From positions 7,831 through 71,830 of the forward strand of contig CAZBPV010000003.1 of the NCBI GenBank assembly GCA_964493885.1: a DNA stretch of 64,000 nucleotides, read 5' to 3'. A model generated the notes under the pieces. That model was given only the letters and a program-made list of their open reading frames with translations. It made no database searches and was not told where the DNA came from. The position numbers and the translations under genes are program-made. Positions 17,784 to 26,677 of the stretch are shown piece by piece; within the stretch, counting starts at the first letter, position 1; the number at the start of each line of letters is the position of its first letter. The stretch comes from Candidatus Woesearchaeota archaeon. GTDB taxonomy: Archaea; Nanobdellota; Nanobdellia; Pacearchaeales; GW2011-AR1.

Positions 17784-18776
17784 ATGAAATATAAAGAATT
17801 AAAAAAACGTATGCAAAAACAACATTATTCTTTTGTTGGGAATCATTCGGCAGTTCAAATTTGCAGATGGACAAAAAAATCAATTCGTGGAGAGGGGAAT
17901 TGTTACAAGCAACAATTTTATGGGATTCAAAGCCATAGATGTTGTCAAATGACTCCTTGGCTTGGATGTCAAAATCGTTGCCTTCACTGCTGGAGGCCAA
18001 TAGAATTAGACTTTGAGCTTGAAGGAGGAATAGATTCCCCCTCAAAAATAATTAATAAATGCATAGAAGCCCAAAGGAAACTTCTTCTTGGGTTTAAAAT
18101 TCTTCCAGAAACAAAATATAAAACAAAAAGCAAGGCAGATATGAAAAAATGGCAGGAAGCTCAAGAACCAATGCAATTTGCTATTTCATTATCCGGTGAA
18201 CCAACTATCTACCCAAGGATAGGGGAATTGATTGCTGAACTAAGAAAAAGAGGAAAAACAAGCTTTTTAGTTACAAACGGGCTATATCCTGAAAAAATAA
18301 AAGAAATTGCAAGGGAGAAACAACTGCCTACGCAATTATATGTCTCTGTAAATACTCCTAACAAAGAACTTTATGACAAATTTCACAGAAGTTCAGAGAA
18401 AGATGCTTGGAAAAAACTTAATGAAACATTAGAGATTATGCCTAATCTTAAAGGAAAAACAAGAACTATTTTTAGAATGAATTTAATTAGAAAGATAAAC
18501 ATGGATGATAAAAACATAAAAGAATTTGCAGAATTAATCAAAAAATCAAAACCGCTTTTTATTGAACTTAAGGGATATATGAGTGTTGGGTTTGCACGAG
18601 AGAGATTAGGATATGAGATGATGCCAACATCTGAAGAAATGTTGGAATTTGCCAAAAAACTTGAAAAAGAATTAAAAAAAGAAAAATATAGGATTTTAGA
18701 TTCTCATGAATTTTCCAGGGCAATTGTATTGGGAAAGAATAAAAGTGAATTAAAAATTAATAAGACTGAGATTTAA
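17784..18776 (+). CDS. taw1: 4-demethylwyosine synthase TYW1/Taw1 (radical SAM)
   Basis: HSAVQICRW, CYKQQFYGIQSHRC, CQNRCLHCWR, AISLSGEPT. Confidence 0.95.
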   Translation: MKYKELKKRMQKQHYSFVGNHSAVQICRWTKKSIRGEGNCYKQQFYGIQSHRCCQMTPWLGCQNRCLHCWRPIELDFELEGGIDSPSKIINKCIEAQRKLLLGFKILPETKYKTKSKADMKKWQEAQEPMQFAISLSGEPTIYPRIGELIAELRKRGKTSFLVTNGLYPEKIKEIAREKQLPTQLYVSVNTPNKELYDKFHRSSEKDAWKKLNETLEIMPNLKGKTRTIFRMNLIRKINMDDKNIKEFAELIKKSKPLFIELKGYMSVGFARERLGYEMMPTSEEMLEFAKKLEKELKKEKYRILDSHEFSRAIVLGKNKSELKINKTEI

Positions 18777-19035
18777 TTAAAATTGACTCTGCAAAGAATA
18801 TCATCAAAATACCGAAGATAAGAAGAATCAATCCACTTACTAAGAAAATAATAAATTTAGTTATTTCTAATGAAAGAGTATATGCAACAATCGATGAGGC
18901 AATTATTGCAATTCCAAGTCCAGAATTAATTTCTCCGCATAATCTCGCCCATAGATAACTTCTTGTTAAAATGCTTACTAACATTGCAATCAGAATTACG
19001 AGCAATAGAAGATTAATTAAAATAAAATAAATCAT
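18757..19035 (-). CDS. Hypothetical small membrane protein
   Basis: Three hydrophobic segments; starts right after the 19037..19387 gene. Confidence 0.55.
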   Translation of the reverse strand: MIYFILINLLLLVILIAMLVSILTRSYLWARLCGEINSGLGIAIIASSIVAYTLSLEITKFIIFLVSGLILLIFGILMIFFAESILIKSQSY

Positions 19036-19036
19036 T

Positions 19037-19387
19037 TTACAAGTCAATTACCCCTTCCTTTGTTAAAGCAGCAAATCTTATACCTACTGGAAGATTAATT
19101 AATGCAGATATCAAAGCCATATGCTCTTTTCCATCTCCAGAAGCAATTGATAATGCAACTTCTGTTCCATCAACTTTTCCCTTGAGCTTGTTTGTAAAAT
19201 CTTCCCTTAAATCTTTTATCTTCTTATTTAAATCAACAAGGATAAATTCAAATTTTTTTTGATGAATAAAACCTTTTGAAAAATCATCTCCAAGAATGAT
19301 TATTTTATCCCAATCTCCGTGAGTCATTAATCCTGCAACTTGAGCCCATGTTCCTTTCCCAGAAGACAATAAAGCAATTAATTCCAT
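19037..19387 (-). CDS. Stand-alone Rossmann-fold protein, CARF-like
   Basis: beta/alpha pattern LIALLSSGKG, DKIIIL, EVALSIASGDGKEHMALISA. Confidence 0.55.
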   Translation of the reverse strand: MELIALLSSGKGTWAQVAGLMTHGDWDKIIILGDDFSKGFIHQKKFEFILVDLNKKIKDLREDFTNKLKGKVDGTEVALSIASGDGKEHMALISALINLPVGIRFAALTKEGVIDL

Positions 19388-19539
19388 ACCTTGAAACAGA
19401 AATTTCTATATTTAAGAATTGTTGTGTTATATTTAATACAATTCTGTGTTCAAATTAACACAGTCATTTGACAAAGGAGTATTATTTTATAAGATAAAGT
19501 TTAAATAGTGATATTCTGTTGAAACTTTAACCGATTGAA

Positions 19540-19589
19540 CCATATCGCTGAAGTTCATTTTCTGAACACAAGCGCATGATATGGGAGGT
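19540..19589 (+). promoter_or_regulatory. Structured leader hairpin overlapping the rpl1 Shine-Dalgarno sequence
   Basis: CCATATC/GATATGG, GCT/AGC and GTTCA/TGAAC pairings; GGAGGT follows. Confidence 0.55.
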
Positions 19590-19595
19590 ACTTAC

Positions 19596-20225
19596 ATGAC
19601 ATTAGAACAAGAATTTCAAAAAGCATTAACTGAGTTACGAAAAGAAAAACAAAGAAAGTTTGATCAGACTGTAGATTTAATTATAAATCTGCAAAAATTT
19701 GATGTAAAAAAAACTCCAATTAATCTAATTGTGAATGTTCCTCATAAAATTAAGGAAAAAAAGATATGTGCATTTCTTGAAGCAGAAAATAAAAAATTTG
19801 ATACAATTGCTCTTGAACAATTTAGAAAGTATGAAGACAAGAAAAAGATAAAGAATCTTGTGAATAAATATGATTTCTTTATTGCCCAGGCAAGTATTAT
19901 GCCCAAGGTTGCTTCAACATTTGGAAGAGTTCTTGGACCGGTGGGAAAAATGCCTTCTCCACAATTAGGTATTATAATGAAGTCTGATGAAAAAACACTA
20001 AATGATATTAAAACAAAAATAGATAACAGCCTTAAAATCAGAGTAAAAGAACCAAGCCTAAAAATTGCAATTGGCAAGCAAAGCATGAGTGATAAAGACA
20101 TAATTGAGAATATAATGGTTGTTTATAACTCGATGCTAAAGGCTTTAACAAGAGATTTAGAAAACATAAAAAATCTAGAAATAAAATTTACTATGACTAA
20201 ACCTAAAAAGATATCAGTAAGATGA
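19596..20225 (+). CDS. rpl1: 50S ribosomal protein L1 (uL1)
   Basis: RKFDQTVDLIINL, GRVLGPVGKMP, KFTM; SD GGAGGT upstream of the ATG at 19596. Confidence 0.95.
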   Translation: MTLEQEFQKALTELRKEKQRKFDQTVDLIINLQKFDVKKTPINLIVNVPHKIKEKKICAFLEAENKKFDTIALEQFRKYEDKKKIKNLVNKYDFFIAQASIMPKVASTFGRVLGPVGKMPSPQLGIIMKSDEKTLNDIKTKIDNSLKIRVKEPSLKIAIGKQSMSDKDIIENIMVVYNSMLKALTRDLENIKNLEIKFTMTKPKKISVR

Positions 20226-21043
20226 AAAATAAAAGAGAAAAACCAATTCCAGAATCAAAGATAAAATTAGTTAAAGATTTAGCAGAGCTTATAAAAAAGA
20301 AAAACACTACTTTATTTGCTTCTATAAAAAATCTCCCAGCTTCTCAATTTCAAGAAATTAGCAAAAAATTAAGAGGAAAGGCAATAATAAAAGTTCCTAG
20401 AAAAAATCTTTTTTATAGGGCAATAGATAAATCTGGGGTTGAGAATGCAGAAAAATTAAAAGAACAGTATAAAGAGAGTTATGCGCTATTATTTTCAGAT
20501 TTAGATAGTTATGATCTCGCGCTAGAGTTAGTAAAAAATAAGAGCCCTGCAAAAGCAAAGGCAGGACAAGAGGCTCCAGAAGATATTGTTATACAGGCAG
20601 GACCTACTGATTTACCTCCTGGGCCAGCAATAAGTGAATTGGGTGCAGTAGGATTAAAGATTCAGATAGATAAAGGGAAAATAAGCATTAAAGAATCAAA
20701 AACAATTGTAAGAGCTGGAGAAAAAATCTCATCAGCTGCTGCAGATATTATGGCTAAGTTAGATATCAAACCATTTTCAATTGGATTTGTTCCAGTATCT
20801 TCATTGGATAATAAGGAGAAAAAAATATATTTAAATATAAAAATTGACAGAGAAGAAACTGTCAAAGAATTAACAAATGCCTTTGGAAGAGCTCTGCCTT
20901 TTGCAGTAGGAATTGGGTATGCAAATGAGCAAACGATCTCATTTATTATTGGAAAGGCTGGAATATATGAAAAAGCATTATCAGCATTAATTAATTCAAA
21001 TCAAACTCCTGAAGAAAATAAATCATTGGGAGAGGAAAAATAA
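20222..21043 (+). CDS. rpl10: 50S ribosomal protein L10 (P0)
   Basis: AKAGQEAPEDIVIQAGPTDLPPGP. Confidence 0.95.
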   Translation: MKNKREKPIPESKIKLVKDLAELIKKKNTTLFASIKNLPASQFQEISKKLRGKAIIKVPRKNLFYRAIDKSGVENAEKLKEQYKESYALLFSDLDSYDLALELVKNKSPAKAKAGQEAPEDIVIQAGPTDLPPGPAISELGAVGLKIQIDKGKISIKESKTIVRAGEKISSAAADIMAKLDIKPFSIGFVPVSSLDNKEKKIYLNIKIDREETVKELTNAFGRALPFAVGIGYANEQTISFIIGKAGIYEKALSALINSNQTPEENKSLGEEK

Positions 21044-21045
21044 AC

Positions 21046-21339
21046 ATGGAATATGTGTATGCTGCACTTTTGTTGCACAAACTTGGAAAAGAAGTTAGTG
21101 AAGAGAATGTGAAAAAAGTAGTTGCGGCTGCTGGAGCAGAGATTGATGAATCAAAAATCAAATCCCTTGTTACCAGTTTGAAAGGCGTAGATATTGCAAA
21201 GGAACTAGAAAGTGCTAGTTTAGTTGCTGCTGCTCCTGCTGGAGGTAGTTCTGGTGGAGCTAAAGTAGAAGAAAAGAGCGAAGAGAAGAAAGAAGAAAAA
21301 GCGCCTGCTGCAGAAGGACTCTCGGCGTTATTTGGTTGA
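21046..21339 (+). CDS. rpl12: Ribosomal stalk protein P1 (aL12)
   Basis: MEYVYAALLLH...GLSALFG. Confidence 0.97.
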   Translation: MEYVYAALLLHKLGKEVSEENVKKVVAAAGAEIDESKIKSLVTSLKGVDIAKELESASLVAAAPAGGSSGGAKVEEKSEEKKEEKAPAAEGLSALFG

Positions 21340-21380
21340 TTAATTTAAATTTTTGATTCAAGAAATAACCCGGGGCCTTC

Positions 21381-22508
21381 TTAACACTTTTTAGTTGGAA
21401 CTTCATTAACCTTAAGGAAATACCTAATTTTATTATGATTATTATTGGTATTGAAGGCGTCAATTTCTAAAAGTTTTTTAGCAAGATTAACATTGCACAT
21501 CGCTCTTACAAATAGTCTCTTTTCTTTAATGTAAGGAGTAAATCCAAATTTCTTTAAAATTATAGAGTAATGTTTTAAATAGCCAACATCTCCATCATAA
21601 ATTTTAATCCTGGACTGAATTTTTTTTCTATTCTTAGAGGTTAATTCAAATGTCCCATCCCCGCACAAGAGTTTAGATAAATATCCGTAACAAAATGGAA
21701 GAAGGTTGCCTTTCCATCTTTCAGTATCAATAACTTGCCTCATCTTAATTAGAGCAGAGTAGATTAATTCGGATACAACAACATTTCTAAAAATTATTTT
21801 AAATCCATAACCTTTTCCAGCAGTTTTAGATATAGAAAAATAATTTATCTTCATTTTGAACTGCCTCCTAAAATCATTTTTAATCTTTGAAAGTTCTTTA
21901 CTAAAAGAAGGATGATAATCTAATTTAACTGAAAGGCTATCTTTAGATATTCCAAGACTAGATAAAAAACCGATAAACTCTCTTAGTTCCAAGATATTCT
22001 TGTTGCAAAACTCTATCTTATAATTATCTGATTTAGTTCCTTCAGCTTGTATTTGGCCCAATAATTTACCTAAGATATTTGGTTCTATAAACCTCTTTAA
22101 TAATCTTGCTTTAGAAGAACCCCTATCATGGATAGACCCCATCAAGATCCGAGGTATACCCTTAAATATCAGTTCTTCGGCATAAATCTTACTTCCTTTT
22201 TTAGTTGCATAAGGCAAAAAATAAAGCAAATCAATTTTTCCGTTATTAAAGATTTTGTTTGGTCGATTGACTGGTTTAAACTTTTTAAAAGTAGCTTTAA
22301 TCTGTTCCTCCCCTCTAAGATCTAATTGCTTAGCCACAACACTATTTATTGTTATGATATTATTATAGTTTGTGACTAAAAAAGAAGATTTTTTTTCTTT
22401 TTTTAAAATTATCTTTACTAAATCTCCTTTTGAGTAAGGGATATTCTTTCTAATATTTACAGGAATATAAAGCAAAAATTTATTTTTTGTTTTAGAAATC
22501 TTATACAT
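21381..22508 (-). CDS. Free-standing double-motif LAGLIDADG endonuclease-like protein with AbrB-like N-terminus
   Basis: LLGQIQAEGT followed by IEFCNKN, and YLSKLLCGDGT; N-terminal LLYIPVNIRKNIPYSKGDLV and VAKQLDLRGEEQI. Confidence 0.7.
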   Translation of the reverse strand: MYKISKTKNKFLLYIPVNIRKNIPYSKGDLVKIILKKEKKSSFLVTNYNNIITINSVVAKQLDLRGEEQIKATFKKFKPVNRPNKIFNNGKIDLLYFLPYATKKGSKIYAEELIFKGIPRILMGSIHDRGSSKARLLKRFIEPNILGKLLGQIQAEGTKSDNYKIEFCNKNILELREFIGFLSSLGISKDSLSVKLDYHPSFSKELSKIKNDFRRQFKMKINYFSISKTAGKGYGFKIIFRNVVVSELIYSALIKMRQVIDTERWKGNLLPFCYGYLSKLLCGDGTFELTSKNRKKIQSRIKIYDGDVGYLKHYSIILKKFGFTPYIKEKRLFVRAMCNVNLAKKLLEIDAFNTNNNHNKIRYFLKVNEVPTKKC

Positions 22509-22612
22509 ACTCTCCTTAAGAAATGGAATTATATAAATTATGCTCTATTTGGATAAATATATTAAACTATAACAATTATCTTTTTAATGGCAGTAATCAT
22601 TGATTATTTAAG

Positions 22613-24571
22613 ATGTGGTCACTTTATGAGATAGATAAAACTCCTGATGGCGAGAAACACAGAGTTCTAAAACCTTTGATGTTCTCCAACGGCAAGAGCC
22701 AGGAGGATGTTGTCAAAGAGGTTCTGGATTCGCTGAAAGAGGGACATAAGATTATCTTTATCAAAGGAGTCTGTGGCACTGGAAAAAGTGCAATTGCATT
22801 GAATATAGCACGAAAACTTGGAAAAGCATCTATAATTGTTCCTGGCAAGAGCCTTCAGAATCAATATAAAAGAGATTATGAGGGGAATAAATATCTTCTT
22901 GATAAAGATAACCAAAAATTAAAGATTAGTGTTATAACTGGAAGAAAAAATCATAAATGCAAATTCTTTGAAGAAAATGAAATTTTAGTTCCAAAGGAAA
23001 AAAGAGAAATTAATTCTAATTTAAATGATATTTTTGAATTTGATGCAAAAGAAATAGAAAAAAGAAAAGAAAAAGATAAGAGTGCTGATGTCTGGGATTT
23101 GCCTTGTAAAATAGAAATAAAAGAAAAGAATTGGAAAAAGATAAGAGAGTATCTAAAACAAAACAAAACAATAAATCCTAATAATTTTCAAGACATTAAA
23201 AGTGTTACAAGGGGTTCTATAGCTAGCATATGCCCTTACTGGAGCCCAGTATTACCAGAAAAGTTTGAATTAAAAAACTTTCCAGAATCTAAAAAAAGAA
23301 GTTATACTGGATTAAATAATACGAGATTTATAATCCACCAAGCAAAACCCGGATGCAAATTCTATGAACAATTTAATTCCTATATTGATTCAGATATAAT
23401 GGTGTTTAACTCTTCTAAATATATCCTTGAATCTGCCCTAGGCAGAAAACCTTTGACAGAAATTGAGGTAATTGATGAGTGTGATGAATTTCTTGATAAA
23501 TTCTCCAATCAAAAGATAATAAACTTAGACAGGCTTCAGACAGCAATAATATATGCTATTGGTTTTAGTGAATCATTTGAAAAATCAATTAAAGAATTAT
23601 CTGAGATACTAAAACAAATCAAAAGAGATGATAGGGTAAACGAAGCTATAAACAGCGACGAAGTAATCCCATTAAAAGAAACTGGAATTCTGGATATCTT
23701 AAAGGTTTTTATTAATTCTCCAGAATTTTTAGATGAAATAGATGAAGAAAACTATTTATTTGATGTTGAAGAGACTGCAAAAATCTTTGAGGGATTTTTA
23801 GACGAAAGCTATGTTACATTTAACAAAAAAGATAATCAATTTATTGCCAGCATAGTCACAACAAATCTTGCAAAAAGATTTAAGGAGATGGCAGACAAAA
23901 ACAAGATAATTGTAATGATGTCTGGGACTCTACATTCTGAAAAAGTATTAAAAGATATTTTTGGGATTGAGAAATTTACGATAATTGAGGCTGAAACTAA
24001 AAATCAAGGCAAAATAGAGATATTTCGTACTGGTTTAGAAAATGATTGCAGATATTCTAATTTTTCAAGTGGAAAAGTTTCCAGAGAAAAGTACTTGAAA
24101 GCCTTTGCTAAATGTGTTGAGTGCTCAAAAAAACCCTCACTAATACACATTAATGCTTTTGCAGATTTGCCAACAGAAAAAGAGATTGCAGATTATAAAT
24201 TAGATAATTTAATTAGCAGAGAAAAATTAATTGAGATTCAAGGAAATGATAAAGATGGAAAAGCAATTGAAAAATTCAAAAATAAAGAGATAGATGTTCT
24301 TTTTTCAACAAAAGCTTCCAGGGGAATGGATTTTCCAGGAGAACAGTGCAATAGCATAATATTCACAAAATATCCAAACCCAAATGTAAGGGATGCTTTC
24401 TGGAAAATACTTAATAAAACACGTCCGCAAGATTACTGGAATTTTTACAAAGACAAAGCACGAAGAGAATTATGGCAGAAAATATATCGTGGAGTTCGTT
24501 CAAAAGACGATCATGTATATGTTCTCTCTCCAGACACAAGAGTTCTAGATGCTTTTGAAAATTTGGTTTAA
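22613..24571 (+). CDS. DinG/XPD-like SF2 helicase
   Basis: Q motif, GVCGTGKS, DECD, MSGT, RGMDFPG, QKIYRGVRSKDD; Cys residues after motif Ia. Confidence 0.85.
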   Translation: MWSLYEIDKTPDGEKHRVLKPLMFSNGKSQEDVVKEVLDSLKEGHKIIFIKGVCGTGKSAIALNIARKLGKASIIVPGKSLQNQYKRDYEGNKYLLDKDNQKLKISVITGRKNHKCKFFEENEILVPKEKREINSNLNDIFEFDAKEIEKRKEKDKSADVWDLPCKIEIKEKNWKKIREYLKQNKTINPNNFQDIKSVTRGSIASICPYWSPVLPEKFELKNFPESKKRSYTGLNNTRFIIHQAKPGCKFYEQFNSYIDSDIMVFNSSKYILESALGRKPLTEIEVIDECDEFLDKFSNQKIINLDRLQTAIIYAIGFSESFEKSIKELSEILKQIKRDDRVNEAINSDEVIPLKETGILDILKVFINSPEFLDEIDEENYLFDVEETAKIFEGFLDESYVTFNKKDNQFIASIVTTNLAKRFKEMADKNKIIVMMSGTLHSEKVLKDIFGIEKFTIIEAETKNQGKIEIFRTGLENDCRYSNFSSGKVSREKYLKAFAKCVECSKKPSLIHINAFADLPTEKEIADYKLDNLISREKLIEIQGNDKDGKAIEKFKNKEIDVLFSTKASRGMDFPGEQCNSIIFTKYPNPNVRDAFWKILNKTRPQDYWNFYKDKARRELWQKIYRGVRSKDDHVYVLSPDTRVLDAFENLV

Positions 24572-24580
24572 AGAGGACTA

Positions 24581-24707
24581 CGCCCCCGCCAGGAATCGAA
24601 CCTGGGAGCCCAAAGGGCCCGGTTCTCTTGTTTGACAAAAACTTGACGAGCAAGTTTAAGGCTTGCCTTAACTCAAGACCGGTGCAATACCACTATGCGA
24701 CGGAGGC
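24581..24707 (-). tRNA. tRNA-Ser(TGA) with 47-nt intron at 37/38 (24625-24671)
   Basis: GCCTCCG/CGGGGGC acceptor stem, CCGGT-CTTGAG|A-ACCGG anticodon arm, long variable arm GCCCTTTGGGC, GGTTCGATTCC; central helix CTTG/CAAG with AG|N bulges. Confidence 0.92.
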
Positions 24708-24812
24708 ACAAACACTCTTTTGCTACAAATCCACTCAGTGATTTGCAGGGACTGAGGCACAAACACTCCTTTGCTACAAATCCACTCAGTGATTTGCAGG
24801 GACGGAGGCACA
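24699..24812. repeat. 51-bp tandem repeat duplicating the tRNA-Ser 5' end, with palindromic core
   Basis: GAC(G/T)GAGGCACA at 24699, 24750 and 24801; core TACAAATCCACTCAGTGATTTGCA. Confidence 0.92.
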
Positions 24813-24858
24813 TAACTCAATCACTAAGATAAACATAATCAAGAAGTTTTAAACCTTT

Positions 24859-25125
24859 TTATAATCCAAAGAGTCTTCTAAAAAAAGATTTTTTTATAAT
24901 AATTGGCTTGCCATACTCATCAATTATTTCGTACTTAATTTTTGGTTTTTCTTGTAAAATTGGGGCTTTTTCTGCAAGCTCCTTATTTGCCTGTTCTAAA
25001 GCCATCTCAACAGAGATTTTTGAGTAACCTTGGTCAATTAAAGCGAATCTTAAAGAATCTGCAGTATATCCCTTAATTAAATTTCTCTTAAAGTAGTTTA
25101 CTAACTTATTTTTATAATTATCCAT
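24859..25125 (-). CDS. Hypothetical protein
   Basis: Intact 88-aa ORF, helical N-terminus (KGYTADSLRFALIDQGY), amphipathic end FFRRLFGL. Confidence 0.7.
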   Translation of the reverse strand: MDNYKNKLVNYFKRNLIKGYTADSLRFALIDQGYSKISVEMALEQANKELAEKAPILQEKPKIKYEIIDEYGKPIIIKKSFFRRLFGL

Positions 25126-25155
25126 TAAATAGAGAAAGATAGAATATTTAAAAAA

Positions 25156-26643
25156 TTAGTTGTGTTGGCTTATAGTAATTGGTTTTATCTTTAAAAAATA
25201 TTTAATTGCTTCATAGAGTCTAGAATTTGACTCAGCATAAAGAGTAATGAGTTTGTCTCCTTTAGAAACCTTAAAATTTTTATGAACATGCAAGTACAAA
25301 CCAGCACGTTTATCTCCTGGAGAACCAGCCACTCTTGCAAGAGAATTAATTTTTTTATTATCAATTTCTCTTATAATTCCTGCTTTTGGGGATAAAATAG
25401 TTTTCTTGAATTCTCCAGGAATTAAATGAGTTATAGAACCTTTCTGAGCCTTGATTATTTCTTTAAATTTATCAAAAGCCTTTCCTGAATAGAGAATTTC
25501 TTTAGCTAATTGAATTCCTTTTCCTTTTTTGGCTTTTCCACACATTTCAAAAATCCTTGCAGACAAAAATAATGCCTTTTTTTCCAAATCCTGGGGACCA
25601 GTCTCATTAGGCTCGAGAATCTTAATTATATCAATCAATTCTAAAACTGGACCAATGCCGTTTCCTATTGGCTGACTTCCATCAGTAATCACTACTTCAA
25701 GTTTCTTCTTAAAATACTTAGCAAGGGCAAGAAATTTTTTCTTTAAATGTTCTGCTTGAGATTTTGAAACCTTTGCAGATTTTCCATAAGGAATATCAAT
25801 AAGAATATAATTACTTCCCATAGCAAGTTTTTTAGACATGATAGATGCTAGTAACTGAGCTTCTGGGTCAATTTTTAATGCTTTCTCTATTTGAATAATT
25901 TTATCATCTGCAGGAACCATTCCTAATGAGCCTCCCCAAACCATACAGGCATTTGTTTTTTGAATAATTTTCTTCAAATCTTTTAAAGAAAATTCAACTT
26001 GTGCAATTGCCTCAATAACATCTGCTGTTCCTGCTGCAGTAGTTATTGCTCTTGAAGATGTTTTAGGGCAAGTGAGTCCAGTAGCAGCACAAATTGAAAC
26101 TACTAATGGAGTTGTTCTGTTTCCTGCAATTCCTCCAATAGAGTGCTTATCAACAATCATCTTTTTATTTAGCTTTAATCTACCTCCGGATTTTAAAATA
26201 GAATCAATCAGGTAAATAGTTTCTTTAAAACTCATGCCATTTTTATACATTCCTGAGATAAATAAAGCAATCTCAGGGTCAGATAGAGAGTTATTCATTA
26301 CATCTTCTATAATCTTCTTAATTTCTTTTTTGGAGAGGGCATTATTATTCAGCTTCTTTTTAATGAAATCTAGGCTGTCTGCTCTTGGAGCTAACTTTAT
26401 TTCAACTTTTTGAGCTTTTCTTAAATTTAATATATGAGTAATTTCTGAAGAAATTGCTATCTGATCCTTATGTATAAAATTTCCTCCAATAGTATCAAGA
26501 ATAGTTGTAAATTCTTTTTCCCCCTGAGTCTTTATAGAAATTCTATCATTTGCTCGAACACCTATTTTAATAGCAGTCTCTTCTCGAATCATAGCAACAG
26601 GGATGCCTGCCTTCCACTTTAGAATTTTAACTTTTAAATCCAT
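25156..26643 (-). CDS. deoA: AMP phosphorylase (archaeal thymidine phosphorylase family)
   Basis: N-terminal extra domain, DKHSIGGIAGNRTT, KTSSRAITTAAGTAD, SIMSKK, GSQPIGNGIGP. Confidence 0.93.
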   Translation of the reverse strand: MDLKVKILKWKAGIPVAMIREETAIKIGVRANDRISIKTQGEKEFTTILDTIGGNFIHKDQIAISSEITHILNLRKAQKVEIKLAPRADSLDFIKKKLNNNALSKKEIKKIIEDVMNNSLSDPEIALFISGMYKNGMSFKETIYLIDSILKSGGRLKLNKKMIVDKHSIGGIAGNRTTPLVVSICAATGLTCPKTSSRAITTAAGTADVIEAIAQVEFSLKDLKKIIQKTNACMVWGGSLGMVPADDKIIQIEKALKIDPEAQLLASIMSKKLAMGSNYILIDIPYGKSAKVSKSQAEHLKKKFLALAKYFKKKLEVVITDGSQPIGNGIGPVLELIDIIKILEPNETGPQDLEKKALFLSARIFEMCGKAKKGKGIQLAKEILYSGKAFDKFKEIIKAQKGSITHLIPGEFKKTILSPKAGIIREIDNKKINSLARVAGSPGDKRAGLYLHVHKNFKVSKGDKLITLYAESNSRLYEAIKYFLKIKPITISQHN

Positions 26644-26677
26644 TTTTCACCTCTAAGAAAAAATAAGAAAATATATT

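Noticed and set aside
21381..22508. Intein or intron-encoded status for the LAGLIDADG ORF
   Set aside because: No splicing termini, no host exteins and no interrupted RNA gene are visible
24699..24812. attL/attR of an element integrated at tRNA-Ser
   Set aside because: Only 9 nt of the tRNA 5' end are duplicated, 51 bp apart, and there is no integrase or cargo
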